Shown here: positions 9,697 to 19,734 of the stretch, piece after piece | Position numbering within the stretch: the stretch's first letter is position 1 | Layout: each line of letters starts with the position of its first letter | DNA from: Candidatus Latescibacterota bacterium | GTDB lineage: Bacteria; Latescibacterota; UBA2968 | Reading direction: 5' to 3' | Length of the DNA stretch: 64,000 nucleotides | Assembly (NCBI GenBank): GCA_965198115.1 | Contig: OZ240241.1 | Span: 2,432,001-2,496,000 of the forward strand | Made by a program: the position numbers and the translations under genes | The notes under the pieces: model-generated | The model's input: the letters and a program-made list of their open reading frames with translations, nothing else | The model's database searches: none | Told to the model about the DNA's origin: nothing

Positions 9697-9745
9697 ACCC
9701 CAGGGCTAACGCCCTGGGCTAAGATCTGCCGCCCTTTCAGGCGGA
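9697..9745. repeat. REP-like hairpin CCCAGGGCTAACGCCCTGGGCT
   Basis: Palindromic CCCAGGGC/GCCCTGGG in intergenic DNA; single copy in the window. Confidence 0.5.
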
Positions 9746-9801
9746 CACCCTGTCTTTTCTCTGCGGTATCTGACACGCGCTACGAAATCGCCGAAATAGG
9801 C

Positions 9802-10875
9802 TCAAGCAGGTGCGTCCGAAAGAATCCAGTCGGAGCGGCTGATCTGATAGCTTCTGATGTGGGCCATGGGACCGTCGTCTTTGATGTACTGCACGACGAA
9901 CAGGTCTCCCGAGGGCAACTGTAACCAGCCGGAATAGGCGCCGTCGCTGTGGGCGCCGCGGTCGTGATCGATAAAGAAGTAACGGTGGCCGCCGGCGTGC
10001 TTGTCCGCGTTCTGGACGCAGTCCGGGTCGACGGCAACGGCCCCTGTTTCGACGTGGAGGACCAGGTTGCGTGGGGGTGTGAGGCGCTGAAAGCCGTGTA
10101 CGACCGCCACTTCGCCGCTGCTCAACACGCCCGCGTGGGGTCGGCCGACACAGCACGTAAGAAATGTCGGAAACGGACCCAACCAGGTTTCTCCATCATC
10201 CCTCGAGATCGCCTTATAAGCGCACTTTCGCTCGAGGTCCTCTCGCAAGTAGCAGACCAGAACGCCATCATCAAGTTCGACGTAGGTCCCCTCGTTCAGC
10301 CACAGCTCCCGATCGGAAGCGACGTGCACCGCCGCTTGCCACGATTCACCCTGGTCTGTCGACACGAAGGCGTTGTGCAGCCAAACAACGTCGGGGCGGT
10401 CTTTTGGACCCACCCTGTCTGCGCCGATGACGATTTTTCCGGATCGAGTCCTGAAGATACAGGGGCAGATGTGGCCTTTGATGCCGGTGGAGACCATGTC
10501 GCTCCAGGTGTGTCCTCCGTCGGAGGATCGCCAGAGGAAGATCTCGGTATCCGGTACGTGTTCGGGCTCGTGTCGGGGAAGGATGTCACAGATCAGCAGG
10601 AGCTCGGAACCGCCCAGTGACAACAGACGCGGGTTGTTGAGACGGCCCCCGGTGGAAGAATCGGGGATTTCGTGAATGATCTGTTTGCCGCTCCAGGTGC
10701 GTCCGCCGTCGGAGCTGATGTGACAGGCGATGCGTCCGAACGGGCGCGCCGAATGGCCCAAGCTTTCCCGATAGATGCAGACCACGGAGCCGTCTTCGCA
10801 TTCGGCGAGATCGGGAAAGGCTTTGTAGACTGTGTCTTCGCGAAAGAGAATGGATCTTATCACGATAAACTCCAA
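9802..10875 (-). CDS. BNR-repeat/sialidase-family protein
   Basis: Asp boxes SSDGGRTW, SSDGGHTW, STDQGESW, SRDDGETW. Confidence 0.85.
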   Translation of the reverse strand: MEFIVIRSILFREDTVYKAFPDLAECEDGSVVCIYRESLGHSARPFGRIACHISSDGGRTWSGKQIIHEIPDSSTGGRLNNPRLLSLGGSELLLICDILPRHEPEHVPDTEIFLWRSSDGGHTWSDMVSTGIKGHICPCIFRTRSGKIVIGADRVGPKDRPDVVWLHNAFVSTDQGESWQAAVHVASDRELWLNEGTYVELDDGVLVCYLREDLERKCAYKAISRDDGETWLGPFPTFLTCCVGRPHAGVLSSGEVAVVHGFQRLTPPRNLVLHVETGAVAVDPDCVQNADKHAGGHRYFFIDHDRGAHSDGAYSGWLQLPSGDLFVVQYIKDDGPMAHIRSYQISRSDWILSDAPA

Positions 10876-10969
10876 AAATTGATGATGCGCGTTGCTGACC
10901 GGGCAGAGATTCTTTACGCTGGAGAGTGGATATGGCTATGACAATCCTTTATTACAATGTCTATCCGTG

Positions 10970-11268
10970 TTCTTCTCTTTTGTGACCAAAAGAGAAGCAG
11001 AAAAGTCCCACTCAGACGCCGTGGAGGCTTGTGGCCCACGCTCCCTCGACTCCGCTCGGGACAGGCTCCAGTACGATCCGGTTCGGTGACGACACCTGTG
11101 ACAACCCCCAAGTGCCTCCCCCACCCAACCCTATCCCCCCTGGAGTTGAAACAACGACGTTGCTCGCTGCCGCCTTTACCTGGGCCGCTATCGCGTGGGA
11201 GATGGGTTGTTCAACGGTCTTTAGGAGCGCCTGGTTTCTGAGCGATCCACACCCAAGCGTTAGAGCCA
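10970..11268 (-). repeat. Long dispersed repeat (L) copy 2 with nested REP
   Basis: Aligns with 22729-23014 along ~290 bp, e.g. GCCGCCTTTACCTGG.CCGCTAT.GCGTGGGAGATGGG. Confidence 0.85.
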
Positions 11269-12005
11269 AGAAAGTAAACGTAGATCGGGTCAGGGTGGGT
11301 CAAGTAGTGGAATCTGTAGCTGTCTTGAAACCCGAAGCGTTCATAGAGACGGCGCGCACCGTCGTTCGATAGGCTGACACCCTGCATGAAGGCCGTTCGA
11401 GCACCGGCTTCTTGTCCGATGTGCAGGAGACCGCGAATGAGCTGCGTACCAAGCCCTTGGCCGCGAAGGTCTGAAACAGTAAACAACTCGCAGAGCTGGT
11501 AGAGATCGTCCTGCTGAACAGCGCGTCCGTAGGAGCATTCACGGCCATCGTGTCGAATCGTTGTGTACCAGACCGGGAGCGCGATGCTTGAAAGGGCTGC
11601 TTGCTTTTCTTGCAGATCCTGGGCATCCGCTTCGGGATCGAGGCGTTGAACCAGATCCACCCAGCCATCGAGATCGATCTCGGTCAGGCCATCCTCGGCG
11701 GGCTCAGTCGTGATGGGGCGCACCACGATGAGCATAGGGATTTCAGCTTTGTAGCCACGGTCAACGAGGTAGGATTCGATGGCCTTGTCTTTATCCAGGG
11801 CCGTCAGCCGGAAGTTGCAGGGCAGGTCTCGTTCCGCGTAAGCCCGTTCACACGACTCGATCCTGGACTCGAGGGATTCGGCCGCCGCTGTCAGAGGCCA
11901 GACGGAGTTTCTGTTCAGACTCTTGCCCGTGTTGAAACGGAGCAGCCACCCGTCATCGAACACGGTCTCCTGCGCAGGCAGCATGTTGGCGATCCCTTGC
12001 TCCAT
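11211..12005 (-). CDS. GNAT family acetyltransferase; last codons and stop lie in repeat L
   Basis: GWLLRF, LRGQGLGTQL, NDGARRLYERFGF. The start may be further upstream. Confidence 0.8.
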   Translation of the reverse strand: MEQGIANMLPAQETVFDDGWLLRFNTGKSLNRNSVWPLTAAAESLESRIESCERAYAERDLPCNFRLTALDKDKAIESYLVDRGYKAEIPMLIVVRPITTEPAEDGLTEIDLDGWVDLVQRLDPEADAQDLQEKQAALSSIALPVWYTTIRHDGRECSYGRAVQQDDLYQLCELFTVSDLRGQGLGTQLIRGLLHIGQEAGARTAFMQGVSLSNDGARRLYERFGFQDSYRFHYLTHPDPIYVYFLGSNAWVWIAQKPGAPKDR

Positions 12006-12196
12006 ATGTCGGATGTCAATTTCGGGCACGCTGATGATTCCCGATGACGGTGCACGGTTGCCAGCAAAACGTTGCGGCGACCCTGACCAATGACCAGTGA
12101 CAAAAGGACGACGGAAAACAGATTCAGTAGACAGTGTCAAGCGTTTCGTGTTGATAGAGCGCTACGGGGACCAGGGTGGATGGTGAAGTAGGTGCG

Positions 12197-12235
12197 TGTC
12201 GTGACCAAGATGCGATGGCGAGGAACCGTGGGCAA
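12197..12235 (-). promoter_or_regulatory. Dispersed promoter-like element (P) copy 2
   Basis: TTGCCC-N17-CATCTT-GGTCACG-ACA (ATG degenerate). Confidence 0.55.
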
Positions 12236-12312
12236 GCCCTCCTCAGTCCAGCGCCCCGGGGTTTTCTTGGACACTCCGTTGACCTACAGTAGGTCGAAAA
12301 GGAGGGTCCACC

Positions 12313-12696
12313 ATGAACAAGGCTACCAGGGGATCGGTTGGGGCGGAGCGAGCGAGAGCGAGCGGAGGCCCAGCCGATCCAAGCGCGACTTCGCAGGGTC
12401 GTTTCTCCGTGAAGAAGAAGGCCGAAGCCGTATTACGTGTGATGCGTGGCGAGAGCCTCGACAGCGTCTCTCGCGATCTGGGAGTAACGGCAGCTAAATT
12501 GAGCGAGTGGCGCGATCAGTTCCACTCTGGCGCCCAGGCCGCACTACGCTCTCGTCCGAGCGACGAGCGTGACGAGAGGGTCAAGGACCTCCAGGCGAAG
12601 ATTGGCGAGCTCACGATGGACAACGAGCTGCTGCAACAAAGAATCGATCGTCTGGAAGCCCGCCGCCCTTTGGCGCATCGGAGGTCGCGGAAATGA
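12313..12696 (+). CDS. IS OrfA (HTH)
   Basis: KAEAVLRVMRGESLDSVSRDLGVTAAKLSEWR HTH plus leucine zipper. Confidence 0.85.
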   Translation: MNKATRGSVGAERARASGGPADPSATSQGRFSVKKKAEAVLRVMRGESLDSVSRDLGVTAAKLSEWRDQFHSGAQAALRSRPSDERDERVKDLQAKIGELTMDNELLQQRIDRLEARRPLAHRRSRK

Positions 12697-13586
12697 GTGA
12701 GGTCCTTTCGCCCTCCACGGGGAGACGCTACAGCATTAAACGCGTGTGCAAAGTGTTGCAGATACCCCGTTCCACGGTGCACAGCCAGCTTCGTCGTTCA
12801 TCCGTAACCGATCTTCGGCAACCCCGGAAGCGAGGCCCGGTCGGAGCGGGTACCGATGAGGAATTGGTCTCCCTCATTCAGCAGGAGATCGACGCGTCAC
12901 CCTTCCACGGCGAAGGATACCGCAAGATCTGGGCCAGGCTTCGCTTTCACGGTATGCGGACGTCAAAGGATCGGGTCCGCCGGTTGATGCGTGAAAACGG
13001 GCTCCAGGCGCGTCCAGGACGGCGTCGCGAACGACGAGCCCACGATGGCACGATTACGACCGAGAAGCCCGATCAGATGTGGGGCACCGACCTGACTGTG
13101 ACGCCCACGGTCGACGAGGGCAGAGCCTCCGTGTTTATCGCGATCGACCACTGCACGTGCGAGTGTGTGGGCATTCACGCCTCCAAGACGGCCAACCGCT
13201 TTGAGGCTCTCGAGCCGATCCGACAGGGCATCCGTGAACACTTCGGGGGCTTCGAAGAAAACATCGCCGAAGGACTGGAGCTCCGACACGATCACGGGTC
13301 ACAATACGTCTCTGACGACTTCCAGAACGAGATCGCATTCCTCGGCGTCCAAACATCGCCGAGTTTCGTGCGTGAGCCAGAAGGCAACGGATGCGCCGAG
13401 CGGTTCATCCGTACCCTCAAAGAAAACCTCCTGTGGGTTAGACACTTCAGTACCATCGAAGACCTGCGCCTCGCACTCCTTGAGTTTCGGGACAGATACA
13501 ACCACAGGTGGATCATCGAACGTCACGGCTACAAGACGCCCGAACAGGCTAGAAACGCACTCACGGCAACTCGAAAGGCCGCCTGA
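12693..13586 (+). CDS. IS OrfB DDE transposase (rve)
   Basis: WGTD, HDHGSQY, GNGCAERFIRTLKE; ATGA overlap with orfA. Confidence 0.9.
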   Translation: MSEVLSPSTGRRYSIKRVCKVLQIPRSTVHSQLRRSSVTDLRQPRKRGPVGAGTDEELVSLIQQEIDASPFHGEGYRKIWARLRFHGMRTSKDRVRRLMRENGLQARPGRRRERRAHDGTITTEKPDQMWGTDLTVTPTVDEGRASVFIAIDHCTCECVGIHASKTANRFEALEPIRQGIREHFGGFEENIAEGLELRHDHGSQYVSDDFQNEIAFLGVQTSPSFVREPEGNGCAERFIRTLKENLLWVRHFSTIEDLRLALLEFRDRYNHRWIIERHGYKTPEQARNALTATRKAA

Positions 13587-13776
13587 ATACACTCACCCGA
13601 GTGTCCAGACAACCGCGGGCTTTACAGCAAGCCCTCCTCAGCGGTCGCGCTGCGGAGGACAGGCAGGTGTGGGTGATGGACAAATGACTGGTTCGACGCA
13701 ATCCTTTCGCTCGGGGTGCATCCATCTGCGCGTATGTGAGAAGCGCAGGAACCACGTTGATCGATAGGAGTCGCCG

Positions 13777-14469
13777 ATGGAAGTAGCTTGCCTGCGAGGA
13801 CCAGACACCGATGCCCGGGTCAGATTCTACTTAGAAAAAGATCTGGGTCTCCCTTTGACGGACTTCCCGGAAGAAGGCGTTCTATTCCACGAGTCACCCA
13901 GCCACTGCCTGGAGTTCAGAAGAATTGGGAATGGTGCTGTATTTTCGGGCAATCAGGCCATCACGCGCCTGCTTCGGCCGATGATAGAGAACCACTCGCT
14001 CTGGGAACTCTACACACCCTACGGCCTCGCAGAAATGAATCGGATCTGTCAACCGGAAGGCATCGAGATCAAGGGTGGAGGATTTCACTATACCCTCGCA
14101 CCCGAGCACACGCCCGAGGACGTGCCGGAGTCAGCGCCGGTCCACAATCACACGCTGCCTGACCAAAACACCTACGATAAGCGTTTCCTGAAAGCATTCT
14201 ATGTTTCAGCCAATGGGGTAGAAGCTTCCCTCTCCCAGATTCGGTGGAAAACGGACGCGTTCATCGAAATCGCAGTCGACACCCAGGAGGGTCATAGAGG
14301 GCGAGGCTACAGTACAGCTGTGGTACACGCAGCTACGAAATGGATCCACTCGCGGGGCGCCGTAGCCCACTACCCCGTTCTCCCATCGAACATCCAGTCC
14401 GTCAGAATCGCTCGGCGCCTCGGATACAGAGTGGCCTGGCAGGAGATCTATGCGCAGGAGCGGTCCTGA
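13777..14469 (+). CDS. GNAT family acetyltransferase
   Basis: HRGRGYS, NIQSVRIARRLGY; AGGAG RBS. Confidence 0.8.
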   Translation: MEVACLRGPDTDARVRFYLEKDLGLPLTDFPEEGVLFHESPSHCLEFRRIGNGAVFSGNQAITRLLRPMIENHSLWELYTPYGLAEMNRICQPEGIEIKGGGFHYTLAPEHTPEDVPESAPVHNHTLPDQNTYDKRFLKAFYVSANGVEASLSQIRWKTDAFIEIAVDTQEGHRGRGYSTAVVHAATKWIHSRGAVAHYPVLPSNIQSVRIARRLGYRVAWQEIYAQERS

Positions 14470-14507
14470 CTTAATCCGTGATGCTCTCATGATGTCCTCT
14501 ATAAACT

Positions 14508-15449
14508 CTACCCATCAAGAGTCGATTCAAGCAGCGAACGAACATAGGGGATCGCCTCTGCCAGACGGTCCTCGCCAGGCGATGCGGGCTTTCCCAGATG
14601 CTCGGGGTTTGCAATCCCGGTGAAGCCGACGTCCCTGAGGGCCGCCACTATGGCCTGGAGGTCGACACGTCCCTCGCCTGGAAGGACCTCACGGCCTGCC
14701 GGCCAGCGATCGGTGTGATCCCGGACCTGGCAGAAGTGAATCTTTCCGGCAAATGTTCTGACGAGCGATGGCACGTCGCCACCGGGGATGTCCATGCCGG
14801 TGCAAAGGGTGACCCCGTTCGACGGACTGGGCACGGCATCGACGAGGCGGGTCAGCTCCTTCCAGTTTCCGACGAGGAACGGTCCGCCCCATCCTTCCGC
14901 CGCGTAGCTGTCGTAATCTTCGATTCGGACCCCCTCGGCAATCGCCTTTTCGCGCACTCCATCGGCGAGGAGTCGATGGAGGCTGTGGTTCCCTATCCCG
15001 ATGCCGTGGGCCTCGGCTTCCGGAATGATCTCCTCGTAGATTGCGATCAGGCCGTCCCTGCACGCCTCTTCGTCTGCTGGATCGAGTGGCCGGCCCAGAT
15101 CCACGTAGTGCAAGACGGATGTGATGCCGACCTCGCCCAGACGCTCGAGCATCCGCTTCATCGCGTCGATGCAGGTCCGATCGCGGGTGAGGAGGATGTC
15201 GGGATTCGTGGAACCTTGCCGCCAGGGGCGGTCCGGCCACCTCGCGAACCAGTAGGTTGCGGACGGCACTGAGATTCCTCTCTGTTCGAGCCCTTCCTTC
15301 AAGACGCGAAGAGCGTTCGCGTCAGGGTATCCCCTCTCCTCGTAGCCCGGGAGTGACGCGCAGGACACGAAGACGGTGTTCACTCCGAGCTGTTCACAAC
15401 GCTCGACGGTTGCGTCGACATCGGTTGTGGCTGGGATTCCTATTTTCAT
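14508..15449 (-). CDS. Sugar phosphate isomerase/mannonate dehydratase-like TIM barrel
   Basis: PSPSNGVTLCTG, KIHFCQVRD, PGEGRVD, NPEH. Confidence 0.75.
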   Translation of the reverse strand: MKIGIPATTDVDATVERCEQLGVNTVFVSCASLPGYEERGYPDANALRVLKEGLEQRGISVPSATYWFARWPDRPWRQGSTNPDILLTRDRTCIDAMKRMLERLGEVGITSVLHYVDLGRPLDPADEEACRDGLIAIYEEIIPEAEAHGIGIGNHSLHRLLADGVREKAIAEGVRIEDYDSYAAEGWGGPFLVGNWKELTRLVDAVPSPSNGVTLCTGMDIPGGDVPSLVRTFAGKIHFCQVRDHTDRWPAGREVLPGEGRVDLQAIVAALRDVGFTGIANPEHLGKPASPGEDRLAEAIPYVRSLLESTLDG

Positions 15450-15486
15450 TGAATGGCCTCAATAGTATGACAACCAGATCGTTTTT

Positions 15487-15624
15487 TTACGAATACGCGC
15501 GCAACACTTCGAGGATGCGCGCCAGGTATTCCTCGGTCGTCGTAGCCGAACCTTCGGTCATCCCCTCGCCCTGACCGATCACGTCACTCGTATCGTAGTT
15601 GAGAATCACCCTGTAACGCTTCAT
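15487..15624 (-). CDS. Small hypothetical protein (45 aa)
   Basis: Manual translation MKRYRVILNYDTSDVIGQGEGMTEGSATTTEEYLARILEVLRAYS; purine-rich upstream sequence. Confidence 0.4.
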   Translation of the reverse strand: MKRYRVILNYDTSDVIGQGEGMTEGSATTTEEYLARILEVLRAYS

Positions 15625-15831
15625 CCACCGTCCACCTTTGTCACTGCATCGGTGCAGGTTGAGCTGAACGGGCTCGCTGAGTGAACGAATTATGAGCTAC
15701 ATGGAATGTGTCGAGAATATTGACCACCACGACTTTCCAAGATGCGACACGCGACCTTACATTGTATCATGTAGCTTGGCTGTGCAATAACCCCTCGTGT
15801 TCCATTCATCCGACACACGAAAGTTATCCAC

Positions 15832-16155
15832 TTGACTCTGCTCTGCCTTATCGTCGTCCTCGCGTCAGCCATCTACATTTTCCTCATCTCAAAGAAGTAC
15901 ACCGACTACGTCCAGATCACGCGACCGTATATCGATGAGGTCACCGAGAAAAACGAGCGTTTGGCCGAAGACATCGAGACCGAAAAGGAGGCCCGTCGTA
16001 CAGTGGTCAGCCAGGTGAAGGATGAAGAGATGGCCATCGGCGACCTCAAGATCACCATCGAGAATGTCGAAGCAGAGATCGCCGAGGAGAGGGCGGTCGA
16101 AGAGAAGATAGAACTCTCCAAACAGATGAAACAGTTCACCAAGCGGAAATCCTGA
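15832..16155 (+). CDS. N-terminal TM + coiled-coil protein
   Basis: Hydrophobic N-terminus followed by an E/K-rich helix. Confidence 0.7.
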   Translation: MTLLCLIVVLASAIYIFLISKKYTDYVQITRPYIDEVTEKNERLAEDIETEKEARRTVVSQVKDEEMAIGDLKITIENVEAEIAEERAVEEKIELSKQMKQFTKRKS

Positions 16156-16170
16156 AAGCAACCTATACCT

Positions 16171-17885
16171 ATGGTCTTAGAAATATTGGCTCTATCCGGG
16201 TTTCTCAACGGTGAAACTATAGAATGACAAGGTCATAGATCGTTCCCTACGCTTGGTTGTGTGTGTAGGACAATCAAAGCGAAGGGGGTGCGACCTATGA
16301 CCGGGAGCAGATTACTATCGAAACTGCTGAGATTCAAGGGGTTCCGTGTTGTCAGCTGGTGGTTTGAGGGGAGAAGCTGTTTCGTCATCGCCGTAAAGCC
16401 ACATAAGAATGGTTGTTGTTGTCCGGAGTGCGGCCGTCGAGGTAAAATCGTCCGCACAATGCCCCATCCGCGTCGGTGGCGTGACATTCCGGTGTGCGGG
16501 TGGAGGGTCTGGCTTCTCTACCATCCTCGGGAGATTCGGTGTCCTACCCACGGTCGTGTGGTCGAGGAGATTCCGTGGGCGGAGCGGTTCTCTCGGGTGA
16601 CGTATCGCTTCGAGTATGCCATGCTGCGCTACTGCCAGACCATGACGCAGAAGGCGGCGTCCGAGTTACTGCGCATCTCTGCCTCGACGCTGTCGGATCT
16701 CCTTCACCGATCCATCACGCGGCTTCGTGAAGGTCATCGTATCCGAGGGCTCAAAACCATCGGGATCGACGAGATCTCCTACGCCAAGCGTCACAGGTAC
16801 GCCACGCTCGTTTACGATCTGGACCGCTCCTGCGTGGTGTGGGTTGGCCGCGGCAGGGCGCGTAAAACGATCGATCGGTTCTTCACAGAGGCTCTCAGTC
16901 CCTACCGGAGATCCAAGATCGAGTGGGCCTGCTGCGACATGAGCGAAGCTTACATCGGAGCCATCCAGGAACACTGTCCGAATGCCAAGCTGGTCCTCGA
17001 TCGCTTTCACATCGTCAAGGCTCTCAATATGCCGCCGTTGACGAGGTCCGTAAGGACCAGTGGCGTAAAGCTGCCCCGGATGAGCGCAAAGCCATGAAGG
17101 GCCTCCGATGGCTCCTCTACCGGCACTCAGCGACACGCTCCAGAGGGGATACTCGGACACTCAAAGCACTGGAGAAGGCGAACTACCGAATCTATAGAGC
17201 CTGGAGACTCAAGGACGAGTTCGAGCAGTTCTGGGAATACAAAGCGCCCTGGGCTGCCGAACGCTTCCTGAAATGCTGGACGACGTCCGCACTCAGAAGT
17301 CGACGTGAACCCCTGCGAAAGTTCGTCAGGACCCTGCGACAGCACTTCTTCGGCGTCCTCGCATTCGTGAACACGCGTCTTACCAACGCCATCGCCGAAG
17401 GCCTCAACCGAATCGTCCAAATCGTCAAGAACCGAGCCAGCGGATTCCGCACACTCGACGCATTCAACGATATGATCTTCCTTACCGTCGGAGACATAAA
17501 CATCCCTGAGCAGATTCCGAAGAGGTTCCGCACACTCTAACCGCGCCCCCATGCCAGGAACCACGGCACCTTCACCCACTTCATCTCGTTGAGAGATCCG
17601 GATATAGCCAAAATATTCACCCTGCTCTCTATGGTTGCCGCTCTGGCAGTGCGATTCTTGACGTCTCGCAACACGGAAGCCCTCGAGGTCCAGAAGATCG
17701 AGGCCGATAACGAGAGCCGACATCTAAACTCGACCTACGATCAGGTCTTTGAAGCGCGCCGAGAGGCGGAGGGTCGTCTTCGCTTGTTCCAGCACGACAG
17801 GGCAGAACTGGAACAGTACCTGGAAGGGGCCGAGGGAGAGCTCAAGGAAATAATCAAGCGGAACGAGGAACTAGAAGGAGACTGA
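16171..17885 (+). pseudogene. N-terminal TM + coiled-coil gene interrupted by ISL3
   Basis: Removing the IS and one target copy restores MVLEIFTLLSMVAALAVRF...EELEGD. Confidence 0.8.
16188..17609 (+). mobile_element. ISL3-family IS copy 1, transposase frameshifted (+2, AT at 17029-17030)
   Basis: GGCTCTATCCGG...CCGGATATAGCC IRs; flanks GAAATATT/AAAATATT; zinc finger CPECG, IGIDE, CDMS, DRFH, TNAIAEGLN. Confidence 0.95.
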
Positions 17886-18192
17886 GGAAGCCGAGCCAAC
17901 GAAGTGGGCAACTGGGAGAGCCCTTCGATACAGCGTCCACGGTCGCTTTCTCAGGACACGGCGGGCGACTTCATTTCCTACACAATCACACGACGTCTCT
18001 ACATCTCACTCTTGTAGTTTGCCGGACGGACACGGAAAGCCTCGTGTTCTCCCCTACCATGCTTCACGTCAATCGGATCCCTGGCAGTTCGATGGATTCC
18101 TCGTGATGGACAGCCCGATTCGGCCCCGCGATATTCGAGCAACTTCAAAGTCCTTGCGACGTACCCGCCCACCTTCAGCGAAAGGGTAGCCC

Positions 18193-19041
18193 ATGCCCGG
18201 AACCGATTCGTTCTACACGTCAGACGAGTTGCGTGCACGTCTGAGCATCTCAACCCTGGTCTTCCGCGGGTTCAGACCCATTGGAGAGGGAGCCTTGAAC
18301 GCGTTACGGAGCTCTGGCATTCGCAGGATCGAGCTCATCGAAAGCCCCGAGCAATTCGACATGACGAGTTCGACATCGATGGCCAACGTCGCCGAAGTCT
18401 GCGACGCTTGCGGCGTCGAGATCGGCGCCTATCACTGCTACAAGACGGACTTCAACGATGTCGATTCGGAAGCCGTCCGGAATGAACGCGTCACCCAATG
18501 CAAGCGGCAGATCGACACGATGCTCGAGCTCGGAGGCAATCTCTGGGGCTGCCACGCGGCGGTACCCAACACAATGGTGCGGAAGTCATACGAGGAACTG
18601 GCCGATCACGTCGAAGGGACGGAGGCGTCCGTGACGATCGAGAACTTCGCGCGCGACGGCGTGAACGTCGACGAGCGGATCGACTTTCTCGACGACTTCG
18701 ACCACCCGAAGGTGGGGATGATCCTCGATATCGGTCACGTGAAGGACAAGGATGGCGGAAACCCGATGACGACGCCCGGCGGTCCCACGCGGATCCTCGA
18801 GCGCTGCGGCCACCGGCTCCGCCACGTCCACCTCCACGGTTTCAAGGAGGGCCGGGACCACAACCCGCCGCTCGTGGAAGGCGACGAGATCCAATGGTTG
18901 GAACTGTTCACCATGCTCCGCGCCAAGGAGTACGGTGGGCACATCAACTTCGAACCGGCCGGGGAGCCACGCGCCTTCAAGAGCATCGAGCACGCTGGCG
19001 CAATGCCCGATCGTCTCCCTCAGCTGGCGAACGCCGGCTGA
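18193..19041 (+). CDS. Sugar phosphate isomerase/epimerase TIM barrel
   Basis: TIEN, ILDIGH, HVHLHG, DH.P, NFE. Confidence 0.85.
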   Translation: MPGTDSFYTSDELRARLSISTLVFRGFRPIGEGALNALRSSGIRRIELIESPEQFDMTSSTSMANVAEVCDACGVEIGAYHCYKTDFNDVDSEAVRNERVTQCKRQIDTMLELGGNLWGCHAAVPNTMVRKSYEELADHVEGTEASVTIENFARDGVNVDERIDFLDDFDHPKVGMILDIGHVKDKDGGNPMTTPGGPTRILERCGHRLRHVHLHGFKEGRDHNPPLVEGDEIQWLELFTMLRAKEYGGHINFEPAGEPRAFKSIEHAGAMPDRLPQLANAG

Positions 19042-19072
19042 AGCTCAAAGGCGTGTAAATTGCGGACCGTGC

Positions 19073-19501
19073 TTATTCCTCAGTTTGCATCATCGAGCTG
19101 ACTTCGAAAACCCTCTCGAGAGGATAGATGATACCCGAGAGCTTGACGTTCTCGCCGTGGTGCTCGTTGATGAGCGCCTGGCTCTTCTCATTCTCCAGGT
19201 AGTGAAGAACCCAGCCTTTTAGATCGGCCAGCTCCTTGCCATCCTTTGTAGTGGCACGGACGACGCGTAATGAATGCCGATGGCCGAAAACGCTGCACTG
19301 TGCCGCCGCGCCTTTCCGCTTCTTCAGGGCACAGCCCAAGCAGAAGTTGCTGCCCTCCACGCTCGCGTGGATCACACCTGGGGGTGCGGTCGCCGTCCGA
19401 TCCGGGCTTGGGGATTCATCATCGGCATAGGCAACGATCGTGACGCAGGCAACCGCTACTGCTACAATTGGAGATACTCTCCTTTTCAGTACTGAAGACA
19501 C
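19073..19501 (-). CDS. Secreted hypothetical protein with CxxC...C...H
   Basis: Signal peptide, FCLGC, QCSVFGHRH; GGAGG RBS. Confidence 0.7.
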   Translation of the reverse strand: MSSVLKRRVSPIVAVAVACVTIVAYADDESPSPDRTATAPPGVIHASVEGSNFCLGCALKKRKGAAAQCSVFGHRHSLRVVRATTKDGKELADLKGWVLHYLENEKSQALINEHHGENVKLSGIIYPLERVFEVSSMMQTEE

Positions 19502-19734
19502 GTTTCACCTCCATTGGATTGCGCGTGGGACAGGGCTTTCACTCACGAGACTCTCATTTTAGCACTCACCATCGACACCTCCTTCATTGTGTTCGATGAG
19601 CCATCACAGTTGACCTGAGCGGCTTCGCTAGATGCGTCAGTTCCCACAGCCATTGGCGCTGGGTGATGGCTGCGCCGTGAGATCTTGATGCATCTATTGT
19701 GTGCGAATGATCTTCGCGACCGGGACGGTCGGTC

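Larger units (their letters stand above)
12247..13626 (+). mobile_element. IS3-like insertion sequence
   Basis: Imperfect IRs sharing TGGACACT, orfA/orfB organisation, 15-bp flanking direct repeat GCAAGCCCTCCTCAG. Confidence 0.85.

Noticed and set aside
17999-18130. Possible remnant of an adenylate-cyclase-like C-terminus (RDPIDVKHGRG)
   Set aside because: Too short to support.
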